This document shows, in pieces, positions 30,341 to 40,025 of a stretch of DNA of 59,572 nt. Origin of the DNA: a bacterium (lineage in GTDB: Bacteria; Electryoneota; Electryoneia; Electryoneales; Electryoneaceae); the NCBI GenBank assembly GCA_043801585.1, contig JAZDLX010000131.1, forward strand, positions 1 through 59,572, given 5' to 3'. A model generated the notes under the pieces. The model was not told where the DNA came from and did not search any database. It worked only from the letters and a program-made list of their open reading frames with translations. The translations under genes and the position numbers were made by a program. How positions within the stretch are numbered: position 1 is the stretch's first letter; every line of letters starts with the position of its first letter.

Positions 30341-30574
30341 GAAACAGGATGCGCAGGATATTCAGGATTACCGAGATACGCCTGAGAAAAGAAATCTTAT
30401 CCTGACCGATTCAGACTCTCCTGTGTTTCCCGGCAAATCCTGTTACTTCTGTTGCCAAACGACTGCTGTTTGAAAATAAATGCACCGGGCATTCAGGACG
30501 TTTTGGTCATGGAAGAGTCATTCCGACTTTCTCTTCACCATCGACAGTCCTGTATATCCTGTGCATCCTGTTTC
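30341..30574. mobile_element. 234-bp MITE-like element with 28-bp CAGGAT-periodic terminal inverted repeats, copy B
   Basis: gaaacaggatgcgcaggatattcaggat ... gtcctgtatatcctgtgcatcctgtttc (25/28 complementary), between convergent genes. Confidence 0.7.
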
Positions 30575-30634
30575 GCTTTTACTCTTCGTACCAGCTTCGT
30601 TACACAACGAATGCTCGCCTCTTCACTCCGAATT

Positions 30635-32173
30635 TTACCTCTTTTTTCCTCCGCCTCGCAGACGCTTCCGGATCAAGCTCTCCATGTAGTCCTTCGGGTT
30701 ATCAAGTAGCGTCTCGGTGATCTGGAGCGACGGTTTATCCATCAGGTTGAACGCGTAATGCACCGGTTCAAGCAGCGAAGCGAGCAGGCTGCCGGGAGTT
30801 TGTCCCTCGTTCACATGTTCCGCCAGCCATTTTTTTGACGCGGGTGAAAGGGAGAACGAGATCCCCGTCTTTTTCTTCAGCTCCGCGAGCGCTTCCTTGA
30901 CCGTCTCCCCGAAGATCAGTTCGTTGCACACGGCATTGGGATTCTCCACCGCTTCACGGGTCAACGTAACTTTGCGAATCGTCGTCGAGGGCAGCCGTTT
31001 CTCAAAAGGAATAAGCGCGCGTTCCGCCGCTCGAATCAATCCACGGGCGCCGGTTTTTTCCTTGTGTGCGCGCTTGGCGAGAAGCTTCAACGCTTCGTCC
31101 GTGAATTCGAGGTGAATGCCGTATGCCGCAAAGTCCCTGATTTTTCCCTGCACGACAGCGTTGTACTCGTTGGTCAGCACCTCATAGAGACCGGCTTCGT
31201 CGAGATCGGTGAGGTGCGCAATAACCGGGAGACGGCCGATGAACTCGGACTCGAACCCGTACTCGATCAGATCCTGGGTCGTTGACTCCTTCATCAACTC
31301 ATCCGCTTCCCGTTTTTTCAAATGTGCATCACCCTCGAACCCGATGGGCTGCCGGTTCATGCGGCGCGCGACAATTTTGTCGAGGCCGTTGAACGCCCCG
31401 CTGACAATGAAGAGGATGTTGCGGGTGTTGATTTTTTTCTTGGGTGCCTTGCCGGTGCGCTGGGTTTCGATCACCGCTTCCATCTGGCTCGCCAGGTCGT
31501 GGGGCACGCGAAGCTCGACTTCGGTCTCTTCCATCAGTTTCAGCAGGTTCCGCTGCACACCCGTTCGTGAGACATCCAGCCCACGGAAATCGCCACTCGC
31601 CGCGATCTTGTCAATTTCGTCGATGTAGATGATCCCGGACTCGGCGAGTTTGATATTGCCGTTCGCCGCGCGGACGAGATCCCGAACCAAGTCCTCAACA
31701 TCGCCGCCGACATAACCGGTTTCACTGAACTTCGTGGCATCGCCCTTGATGAAGGGCACGCCGAGACGTTCGGCGATCAGCTTGACCATGTACGTCTTGC
31801 CGACGCCGGTGGGACCGATCATGATGATGTTCGGCTTGATCTGGCCCGGAATGCGGGGATACTTCTTGCCTTCCTCGCGTTCCCATCGCATCCGGTTGAA
31901 GTGGGTTGCGACCTTTGTGGCGAGGATTTCGATCGCTTCCTTCTGGCGAACGACATACTGTATGAGGTACGCTTCCAGCTCCATCGGCGTCATCGCAAAA
32001 TCGATGTCGATCTTGTCGTCTTCCTCGGCCTGGGTTTCCGTCTCACGGGTGCCAAAGGCATCAACTTCCGCATGCACGTCCGCATCGCCGTACTTCTCTT
32101 TCAAGAACTGTTCAATATCCTTCTGAAGCTGATCGGGGGAAGGCATCTTCTGGGAACCGGAATCTCCGGACAT
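30635..32173 (-). CDS. ClpX-like AAA+ ATPase lacking the N-terminal zinc finger
   Basis: GPTGVGKT, TGYVG, YIDEIDK, IGF, FIGRLP, TGARGL; no Cys in the N-terminus. Confidence 0.88.
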   Translation of the reverse strand: MSGDSGSQKMPSPDQLQKDIEQFLKEKYGDADVHAEVDAFGTRETETQAEEDDKIDIDFAMTPMELEAYLIQYVVRQKEAIEILATKVATHFNRMRWEREEGKKYPRIPGQIKPNIIMIGPTGVGKTYMVKLIAERLGVPFIKGDATKFSETGYVGGDVEDLVRDLVRAANGNIKLAESGIIYIDEIDKIAASGDFRGLDVSRTGVQRNLLKLMEETEVELRVPHDLASQMEAVIETQRTGKAPKKKINTRNILFIVSGAFNGLDKIVARRMNRQPIGFEGDAHLKKREADELMKESTTQDLIEYGFESEFIGRLPVIAHLTDLDEAGLYEVLTNEYNAVVQGKIRDFAAYGIHLEFTDEALKLLAKRAHKEKTGARGLIRAAERALIPFEKRLPSTTIRKVTLTREAVENPNAVCNELIFGETVKEALAELKKKTGISFSLSPASKKWLAEHVNEGQTPGSLLASLLEPVHYAFNLMDKPSLQITETLLDNPKDYMESLIRKRLRGGGKKR

Positions 32174-32352
32174 TTCGTTCTCCGTGTTGATCTTGCTTCC
32201 ATGCCAGGCGGGTACTGTTTCAACGTACGGAAGATGGTACCGTTGGGACGAGTGTTTCCATGATCGTTTTCATGGTTGGAACATGTTGTCCTTTCCCTGT
32301 CTCGCATCGTCGGGGAGACCTGCCTTGCCCGCCTGTCTGAAGCGGAAGTACC

Positions 32353-32955
32353 TTGCTCACGAGCAAAAAGCAGGCCAGCGAGGAGAAACTAGCACCGATG
32401 ACACCGAATGATCCATCCCTGAAGGAGCGGTTGGCCAGGGTCCGCCTGCTCATCACCGATGTGGATGGGGTGATGACGGACGGGCTCGGTTATTACGACG
32501 ACGAAGGCATGAAACTGCGAGCATTTTCGATGCGGGACGGTTTCGGTTTCGTCATGGCAAAGTTCGCTGACATCGAACTGGGCATCATCTCTGGCAATCA
32601 GTCGGGAACGATTCACGCCCGAATGAAGAAATTCGGCGTTGACCGGATCAAGGGTGGTCATTTCCGTAAAACCGGATTTTTCAAGGAGATCCTCGAGGAA
32701 ACAGGGATCCCCGCAGAGGAGTCGGTTTACATCGGTGACGACCTTTTCGATCTGCCTGTCATGCGTCTCGCCGGGCTCAGCTTTGCCCCGGCGGATGCCC
32801 ATGAGCTCGTTCGAATCGCCGCGGACGGGGTGACGGAGGCGCTGGCTGGTTTTGGGGTTGTGCGAGAGGTCATTGAGGCGATCATCCGGGCGAAGGGGTT
32901 GTGGGAGAAGGTTCTGGAGGAGATCGAGAAGGACGAAAGCGGAGGGCTTGGTTGA
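32353..32955 (+). CDS. kdsC: KDO 8-phosphate phosphatase
   Basis: DVDGVMTDG, DG.G, GDDLFD; upstream of lptC. Alternative start ATG 32398. Confidence 0.9.
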   Translation: MLTSKKQASEEKLAPMTPNDPSLKERLARVRLLITDVDGVMTDGLGYYDDEGMKLRAFSMRDGFGFVMAKFADIELGIISGNQSGTIHARMKKFGVDRIKGGHFRKTGFFKEILEETGIPAEESVYIGDDLFDLPVMRLAGLSFAPADAHELVRIAADGVTEALAGFGVVREVIEAIIRAKGLWEKVLEEIEKDESGGLG

Positions 32956-33677
32956 AAGTGGGATGGGCAGGAAGAAAAGGAGGGATGTTCCTCGCATCTG
33001 CCATTCTGGCAGGAATCCTCGCCACTGGATGCGCCGATGTGTCCGATGACAACCGCCTTGCGGAAGCGGAGGTGCGCGACTCCATGCCCACTCAGGAGTT
33101 TGAAAACGTGGAAATGGCACAGACTCATGATGGCGATCTGCAATTCATCCTCAAAGCCCCGCGTCTCGACCGTTACGACAAACTCGACCGGGCGATTTTC
33201 TACGGCGGCATCCGGATTCAATTCTTCGAGAAGGGGGAAGAGTCGAGTGTGCTTACCTCGGATCGGGGTGAGGTGCATGCTGGCGGTGATGAACTGATCG
33301 CACTTGGGAATGTGGTTGTTACCACCGATACCGGTACGACGATCCTCACCCCCCGGATCAAATGGTCACGGAAATCGGGCCTGATCACCTCCGACACGGT
33401 GGTCACCATCATCACCGACTACGACACCCTTTACGGCACCGGCCTGATCGCCACCGAGAACCTGAAACAGCGTCGCATTCTGCAACCCACGGGAGTGACT
33501 CACCGAACGGTGGGGATTGAGGATACAACGACGGTTATTGCGGTTGAGGATTCATCAGGTGTGAATTCGCTTTTCTCACCGGAAACCTCGGGTACCAGCG
33601 ACAGCCTGCGATTTGTTCCTCCGAAGGGGGAGAACGGTGACGCGCTCGGTGCTGATCGGCCGCGGGGGAAGACATGA
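32952..33677 (+). CDS. lptC: LPS export protein LptC
   Basis: TTGA-coupled to kdsC; beta-jellyroll (GNVVV, ITSD..V); gene order. Confidence 0.85.
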   Translation: MKVGWAGRKGGMFLASAILAGILATGCADVSDDNRLAEAEVRDSMPTQEFENVEMAQTHDGDLQFILKAPRLDRYDKLDRAIFYGGIRIQFFEKGEESSVLTSDRGEVHAGGDELIALGNVVVTTDTGTTILTPRIKWSRKSGLITSDTVVTIITDYDTLYGTGLIATENLKQRRILQPTGVTHRTVGIEDTTTVIAVEDSSGVNSLFSPETSGTSDSLRFVPPKGENGDALGADRPRGKT

Positions 33678-35017
33678 TGCGCCCCTCCCAATCCATGATA
33701 CGAGCTGTTGCTGCTCTGGTGCTGACAGCAGCCCTTGCCGCCGCGCAGACGACCTCAGAGAAACCGGCCGCATCATCGCAGACAACCGCTGAGAAAGAGG
33801 GGACTCCTCCCAAGCGAAGACTCCTGCCTCCGGCGTGGGGCGATCCCAACTGGAAAACCAAAGTCGTTCAAAAGAGTGATGAAAAAATCGAGCCCTATGT
33901 TCCCCCGAAAGATGCCGGGGACCGGGGTCAGTACAACGGTTACGGGCGGGACACCAAGGGGGCGATCCGCCTCATCCGCGCAGCCGAACTTCGCCAGGAA
34001 CAGACCACTGGACAGGGCGAGATTGTCTACCTGCAGCACGACGTAAAAATCGTTCAGGATTCGCTGACGATCTGGTGCGATGACGCTCGTCATTACCGAA
34101 CACAGAAACGGCTTGAAATGTTCGGCAAAGTCGTGATGATCAACCCTAAGCAACGCCTTGACGCCGACCGGGTGACCTATTACGAAACGAGCAGGAGAAC
34201 GCTGGCTCGCGGCCATGTGGTCGTTACCCGTGACAGCATGATCCTGCGTTCCAACACGGCGGAATATAATGTCGAGCAGGGAGTGATCCGTTTCGAGGAA
34301 CCATTCACTATTCGTGACGTCAGTCGTGATGTAGTCATGACAGGAACTCAGGGGTCGTACAACACCCGTCTCGAGAAGGGGATCGTCCCGCTCGATCCGG
34401 TGTTGAAACATTACGACAGCACCGGCTGCCAGGATGCGGAAATCCTCGCCGACTACATGGAATTCAGCCGTCTCAGTGGTGTGGTGGTCGCGCGTGATTC
34501 CGTCCAGATTACCTGGAAAGATGTCAAGGGACGTTGCCAGGAATTGTGGTTCTGGCCGGATTCTTCCCGTGCTTTGATGATCGATGAACCCTCCATCTGG
34601 CGGGGTCGGGACGAGGCGGATGGAGATTCGATCTGGCTTTTTGTCACCGGATCACTGCTTGATTCGACCGTCATCACCGGCAATGCCGTTGCCTGGACAC
34701 CATCAGACAGCAGTGCTTTATCGCCACGGAGCACCTTGCGCGGACGGCGCATTGTGATGGATTTTGATAATGGCAAGGTTTCCCGCATGCAAAGCGACCG
34801 TGAGGCGATTGGCATTTACCACCTGTTCGACAAGGGACGCGACCGCGGGTCGAACAAGGTCAGCGGAGATCGTGTCGTTCTCCTGATGAGAGCAGGGGAA
34901 CTTCGAGATGTGATTGTTATCGGAGGCACGCAGGGGGTGTTTCTGCCGCCAAGACTCGCGAAAAAAACACTGAGGAAGGATGACTCAGACACAACAAAGC
35001 CGGCTGATATGCCTTGA
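33674..35017 (+). CDS. lptA: LptA/OstA-like periplasmic protein
   Basis: Signal peptide; repeated OstA-like strands; lies between lptC and lptB. Confidence 0.75.
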   Translation: MMRPSQSMIRAVAALVLTAALAAAQTTSEKPAASSQTTAEKEGTPPKRRLLPPAWGDPNWKTKVVQKSDEKIEPYVPPKDAGDRGQYNGYGRDTKGAIRLIRAAELRQEQTTGQGEIVYLQHDVKIVQDSLTIWCDDARHYRTQKRLEMFGKVVMINPKQRLDADRVTYYETSRRTLARGHVVVTRDSMILRSNTAEYNVEQGVIRFEEPFTIRDVSRDVVMTGTQGSYNTRLEKGIVPLDPVLKHYDSTGCQDAEILADYMEFSRLSGVVVARDSVQITWKDVKGRCQELWFWPDSSRALMIDEPSIWRGRDEADGDSIWLFVTGSLLDSTVITGNAVAWTPSDSSALSPRSTLRGRRIVMDFDNGKVSRMQSDREAIGIYHLFDKGRDRGSNKVSGDRVVLLMRAGELRDVIVIGGTQGVFLPPRLAKKTLRKDDSDTTKPADMP

Positions 35018-35723
35018 CCTTGTCAAGGTCTACGGCAAGCGGAAAGTGGTCGACAACGTTTCCATCGAAGTCCGTCAGGAAGAGATCGTCGGACTGCTCG
35101 GTCCGAACGGCGCCGGCAAGACGACCACATTCTATATGACGGTGGGAATGATCCAGCCCACGGAAGGGAAGATTCTGCTCGATGGCCATGACATCACCAA
35201 ACTCCGTATGTACCAGCGGGCGAGGAAAGGGATCGGCTATCTGCCGCAGGAGGCGAGCATCTTCCGCAAGATGACCGTGGAAGAAAACCTGATGGCTATT
35301 GCCGAAACGATCCCGCTCAGTCGCAGTGACCGTAAACGGAAGGTCGATCGGCTGCTCGAGGAATTGTCGATCACGCACATCCGAAAAAGCAAAGCATATA
35401 ACCTTTCTGGCGGCGAACGCCGACGGACGGAGATCGCCCGCTGCCTTGTCACCGATCCCATTTTCATCCTGCTGGATGAACCGTTCGCGGGCATTGACCC
35501 GATTGCGGTTGCGGACATTCAGGAAATTGTGCGGGGGTTGATCAAACGGGGGATTGGCGTCCTGATCACCGACCATAACGTTCATGAAACTCTGGCAATC
35601 ACCGATCGTGCTTACCTTCTCTATGAAGGCCGAATTCTTAAATCAGGTTCAAGCGAGGAATTGGCGCGCGATCCTGAAGCGCGCAAGTTGTATCTGGGTG
35701 AATCGTTCACCCTGGCGAGGTAA
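34980..35723 (+). CDS. lptB: LPS export ABC ATPase
   Basis: GPNGAGKT, YLPQE, LSGGERRR, LDEPFAGIDP, ITDHNV. Confidence 0.97.
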   Translation: MTQTQQSRLICLDLVKVYGKRKVVDNVSIEVRQEEIVGLLGPNGAGKTTTFYMTVGMIQPTEGKILLDGHDITKLRMYQRARKGIGYLPQEASIFRKMTVEENLMAIAETIPLSRSDRKRKVDRLLEELSITHIRKSKAYNLSGGERRRTEIARCLVTDPIFILLDEPFAGIDPIAVADIQEIVRGLIKRGIGVLITDHNVHETLAITDRAYLLYEGRILKSGSSEELARDPEARKLYLGESFTLAR

Positions 35724-35734
35724 AGGAGCAAGGC

Positions 35735-37201
35735 ATGCAACTGCGACAGGTACCCCAGGCACGAATGGAGCAGGTTACCCAGCCGCAGCAGATTCTGCGC
35801 AGCGAATTGATTCAAACTCCTTTGATGCAGCTCGAAGTCCGTTTCCAGCAGGAGTTCGAGCAGAACCCGTTGCTCGAAATCGCGGACGAAATGGAAGAGG
35901 TTCAGGAGACTGATGAGGATTCGGATGATCGCCTTGAATCCAATGCCGTGCGTGATGCCGTTCTCGAAGGTGACAATGCGGATGCCCACGAAACGGAGCG
36001 GGAAGAACGTGAACCCGATTGGGAGGCTCTCTTCGAGGAGCAGGAAGACGAACGGCAGTTCTATAGGGCGAACCGTGCGGTCACCGAACCTGTGGAAATT
36101 CCTCAGGCGGATGTCGAGACCTTCGCGGACAACCTGCGCAGCCAGCTCCGCCTTGACCGCCTGACCGAAGAGCAGATGGAAATTGGCGAGGTGATCATCG
36201 GCAGCCTCGACACCCGCGGTTATCTCGACGCCACCCTCGACATCATCGCCGGAATCGCCAAAGTGGACGAGGAACAGGTCGAGGAAGTGCTCTGGCGCAT
36301 CCAGCGGTACGATCCCCCCGGCATCGCGGCACGCAGCCTGCAGGAATGCCTGCTCGTTCAGGCGGAACTGAAGTGGGGAAAGGACCACATCACCTACAGA
36401 ATTCTCTCTGTCTACTTCGACGATTTTGTCAACCGTCGCTACGAAAGCATCGCCTCTTCATTGAACATCACCCCCCAGGATGTGCAAGGTACGTTCGGTG
36501 AAATCGCCAAACTGAATCCCCGGCCGGGCGAGGGGGTGATCAATGAAAAGATGAACTACATCATCCCGGATCTCATTGTCGAATTTGTCCAGCACACCGA
36601 TGAGATAGAACCGGAATTTCTCGTGATGTTGAACGACGGGAACATTCCCAGTTTCTATATCAACGAAGAGTTGAAAAAGCTCATTCTGAAGAAAGACACG
36701 GACAAGAAGGCACGCGAGTACGCCGTGCAGAAAGCCGAGGCGGCACGCTGGTTTATCAACGCTATCCTGCAGCGGCGCACGACCATGATCCGCACAATGC
36801 GGGCAATTGTGATTCGCCAGAAGGCATGGTTCATCTCCGGCAAGGATGAGGATCTGCGCCCGATGATCCTGCAGGACATCGCGGATGACATCTCAATGGA
36901 CGTTTCGACCATCAGCCGCGTCACTCGTGACAAGTACGTTCAGACGCCCTATGGCGTGCGCGAGTTGAAATACTATTTCAATGACCGGATGGAGACCACC
37001 TCCGGCGATGAAGTCGCCACACGGACGATCAAATCAAAACTTCATGAGATCATCGACGCCGAAGACAAACGAAAACCCCTCTCCGATCAGACGATTGCGG
37101 AACTGCTCGAAAATGTGGGATATCCGATCGCCCGGCGGACGGTTCAAAAATACCGTGAACAGTTGGGTATCCCGGTCAAGCGGATGCGCCGGCAGGTTTA
37201 A
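35735..37201 (+). CDS. rpoN: RNA polymerase sigma-54
   Basis: NPLLE, STISR HTH, RpoN box ARRTVQKYR. Confidence 0.97.
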   Translation: MQLRQVPQARMEQVTQPQQILRSELIQTPLMQLEVRFQQEFEQNPLLEIADEMEEVQETDEDSDDRLESNAVRDAVLEGDNADAHETEREEREPDWEALFEEQEDERQFYRANRAVTEPVEIPQADVETFADNLRSQLRLDRLTEEQMEIGEVIIGSLDTRGYLDATLDIIAGIAKVDEEQVEEVLWRIQRYDPPGIAARSLQECLLVQAELKWGKDHITYRILSVYFDDFVNRRYESIASSLNITPQDVQGTFGEIAKLNPRPGEGVINEKMNYIIPDLIVEFVQHTDEIEPEFLVMLNDGNIPSFYINEELKKLILKKDTDKKAREYAVQKAEAARWFINAILQRRTTMIRTMRAIVIRQKAWFISGKDEDLRPMILQDIADDISMDVSTISRVTRDKYVQTPYGVRELKYYFNDRMETTSGDEVATRTIKSKLHEIIDAEDKRKPLSDQTIAELLENVGYPIARRTVQKYREQLGIPVKRMRRQV

Positions 37202-37275
37202 TCCTCGTTTACAAACCTTCCACATCTACCTGCGTCGTCAACTTTATTGCAGGCGAAAAACAGGGAACGCAGTTC

Positions 37276-38184
37276 ATGCCAAAGAATAGAACGTACACTA
37301 TCGCCCACTTCGCGGATGAACTTTCTCGCTGGCAGGCCGCCAGAACCCTTGAAGCGTTGCAGAATGCGGGCTATGGGGTGTGGCCGGCACGGGAGATCGA
37401 AACCGAAGAGGACTTCGATCCGTCAATTTCGGACGAGCGGAAGCGGAGATCGGTTCGGTTGTTGGCGGCCCTGCTTGGGAGAGACGTTGACGCCGTGGTT
37501 TCCAGCACCTGTGACCTGCCGATCGCTCTGTCTGAAGGAATCCGGATCGTCGCTGCATTGCCGCGCGGTGTGGTGAACGATGCGCTCGTCTGCCACGTCC
37601 ATCTCGGTTTTCGCGATCTGCCGAAAGACGCGAAAGTCGGTCTGTCGAGCGCACGGCAGGCTGGTCAACTTTTACGACTGCGTGGTGACGTCGAGGTGCT
37701 GATGGTGCACGGCAGTATTCCCTCACGTCTCGCGATGATCGACGCGGGCGATCTTGATGCAGTGCTCCTCCCGTGGGTGGATCTCCGCCGGTTGGGTCTC
37801 GCGTGGCGTGTTGATGATGTCTTTGGCGTCACCGAACTGCTTCCGACCCCGGCCCGGGCGATATCCGCGATCCTTGTGCGCCAGGACGATCACGAGGTGA
37901 CGGAGATCATGTCTGCGATCAGCCATCATTCCACGCTGCTTCGGCTCCGCGTTGAACGTGCCTTCACTCATGCGCTGGGTCTTGAAAGTCACGTCGGGAT
38001 CGCCGCGCTTTCGAGCGACTACGGCCGCGAGGGGATGCGTCTTATCGGGCGTGTCGTCGCTCCGGATGGCTCGGCGATGGTGGAGGTGGAGCGTAACATC
38101 CTCTATGGCGAAGAGCCGCACCTCCTCGGCGAAAAAGTGGCGAAAGAGCTGCTGGATCGTGGAGCAGCGGACCTCGTGAAGTGA
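37276..38184 (+). CDS. HemC (hydroxymethylbilane synthase)-fold protein, probably catalytically inactive
   Basis: Colinear with HemC (WQA, DLP, VG.SS.R, ERAF, DGS, GA) but the cofactor Cys and several active-site Arg are substituted. Confidence 0.8.
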   Translation: MPKNRTYTIAHFADELSRWQAARTLEALQNAGYGVWPAREIETEEDFDPSISDERKRRSVRLLAALLGRDVDAVVSSTCDLPIALSEGIRIVAALPRGVVNDALVCHVHLGFRDLPKDAKVGLSSARQAGQLLRLRGDVEVLMVHGSIPSRLAMIDAGDLDAVLLPWVDLRRLGLAWRVDDVFGVTELLPTPARAISAILVRQDDHEVTEIMSAISHHSTLLRLRVERAFTHALGLESHVGIAALSSDYGREGMRLIGRVVAPDGSAMVEVERNILYGEEPHLLGEKVAKELLDRGAADLVK

Positions 38185-38186
38185 GT

Positions 38187-38279
38187 GAAAAATCCAGACA
38201 GTTTAACATTTCCATGTGCATCGCCTGACAGGGTATCCAGCCTGGCTAGTCAAGAAATGCTAAACTGTCTGGATTTTTC
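38187..38279. repeat. 26-bp inverted repeat (1 mismatch), 41-nt spacer
   Basis: gaaaaatccagacagtttaacatttc / gaaatgctaaactgtctggatttttc. Confidence 0.85.
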
Positions 38280-38298
38280 GTTCCAATACGCAACAAAA

Positions 38299-39981
38299 TC
38301 ATAAATGCCACTTCCGCACAGGGACGTGTTCTCGGCTGAAGTAGTTTTCTTTCAACTGCTGAATCTTTGGGGCGAGCAGGAACAGGGCAGCAAGGTTCGG
38401 GATCGCCATCATCGACAGGACAATGTCGCCGAAGCTCCAGACGATTCCGAGGCTGGCGTTGGCGCCGATGAAAACGATCAGCACGTAGATGTACCTGTAC
38501 GGCCGTACACCCCTCGGTCCGATCAGGTAGGTGATGGCGCGATCGCCGTAGTAGCTCCAGGAAATCGCCGTGGAGACGGCAAACAGGAGCACGCCAAAGG
38601 TAACCACATAGCCGCCCCATTTGCCGGGGAGGCCCGTTTCGAACGCCTGCGCTGTCAGCGGTGAGCCATTGCGCAACGCCTTGCCCTGCAACGTGTACGC
38701 CGCTGTCATACCACCTGGCGATGGAGTGTCCACACGGTCCACGTACCCATCCTTCACCAGCAGCATGCCTTCGATCAGGGGTGTCGCCTCACTGCCTTCC
38801 GTGGAGGTGTAAATGGCGGGATCGACGACGTTCGAGTGGTTGTAGATGAAACAGACCCCCTCGACGCGGCCATCCACCACTGGAATGACACCACTGACCC
38901 GGTCGTTATCGTCGACCATCCCACCCGGTTTCAGTTTGGAATCGACCTGAACGACCACCAGCTCATTGATCGCCATCGTCGTTTTGTAGGGAGTTTTCCA
39001 GGCACCCGATGTGATGATTGTCAACCCTGTCAGCGTACAGATCACCAGCGTATCGAGGAACGGTCCGATCATCGCCACGGTGCCTTCGCGAACAGGTTCG
39101 TCGGTTTTTGCGGCTGCGTGGGCAATTGGTGCGGAACCCTGTCCAGCTTCGTTTGAGTAGATACCGCGACGGATTCCCCAGAGCATTCCCTGGAAAAACG
39201 TCGCTCCGGCAAATCCCCCGATCGCCCCCTGGGCTGTGAACGCGCTGGTGAAAATCAGGTGAAACGCTTCGGGGATGTGTGCGATGTTGACCCAAACGAT
39301 CCACAATGCAGCGAAGATGTAGACGGCGGCCATGAAGGGAACCAACCGGCTCGCGACCACACCGATGCGGCGGATGCCGCCAATGATCACGAGACCGACT
39401 ATCGTTGCGATCGCCAAACCGGTGATCCACTGGGGAATGCCCAGGTCGGTTTTGAAACTGTCCGCAACGGTGAACGCCTGGATGCTGTTTCCGGTGCCGA
39501 AGCTTGAGAAAATCGTGCAGATGGCAAAGATCACGGCCATCCATTTCCAGTTTCGTCCGAGACCCATTTCGATGTAGTACATCGGCCCACCGGCGGCGGT
39601 CCCATCCTTTGAAAATTTCCGGTAGACCATCGCCAGGGTGGCCTCGGAAAACTTGGTCGCCATGCCGAGAAATGCGGAAACCCACATCCAGAAAAGCGCG
39701 CCCGGTCCACCGAAATGGATTGCCGTCGCGACTCCGGCGATGTTGCCGATTCCAATGGTGGCCGATAACGCAGCGGAAAGTGCCTGCATGTGATTGATGT
39801 CACCCTGGTCGTCTTCTCTGTCATAAACGCCCGCGACGACTTTCCACGAATGGCCGAAACGGACCATCTGGACGAGCCGCAACCGCCACGTGAGATAAAT
39901 TCCCACACCGAGCAGTGGAATCATCAGGATGGAGCTGAAATAGACGGAGACTTCCTCGATCAACTTCTGAAAGACTTGCAT
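38299..39981 (-). CDS. Alanine/glycine:cation symporter (AGCS) with soluble insertion
   Basis: TIGIGNIAGVA, GGPGALFWMW, GGPMYY, SNEAGQGS, DTLVIC, MAIPN. Confidence 0.93.
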   Translation of the reverse strand: MQVFQKLIEEVSVYFSSILMIPLLGVGIYLTWRLRLVQMVRFGHSWKVVAGVYDREDDQGDINHMQALSAALSATIGIGNIAGVATAIHFGGPGALFWMWVSAFLGMATKFSEATLAMVYRKFSKDGTAAGGPMYYIEMGLGRNWKWMAVIFAICTIFSSFGTGNSIQAFTVADSFKTDLGIPQWITGLAIATIVGLVIIGGIRRIGVVASRLVPFMAAVYIFAALWIVWVNIAHIPEAFHLIFTSAFTAQGAIGGFAGATFFQGMLWGIRRGIYSNEAGQGSAPIAHAAAKTDEPVREGTVAMIGPFLDTLVICTLTGLTIITSGAWKTPYKTTMAINELVVVQVDSKLKPGGMVDDNDRVSGVIPVVDGRVEGVCFIYNHSNVVDPAIYTSTEGSEATPLIEGMLLVKDGYVDRVDTPSPGGMTAAYTLQGKALRNGSPLTAQAFETGLPGKWGGYVVTFGVLLFAVSTAISWSYYGDRAITYLIGPRGVRPYRYIYVLIVFIGANASLGIVWSFGDIVLSMMAIPNLAALFLLAPKIQQLKENYFSREHVPVRKWHL

Positions 39982-40025
39982 CGGAAGATCCTCGTTGCAG
40001 TCGACTTCCGGATTGAAGACATCGT

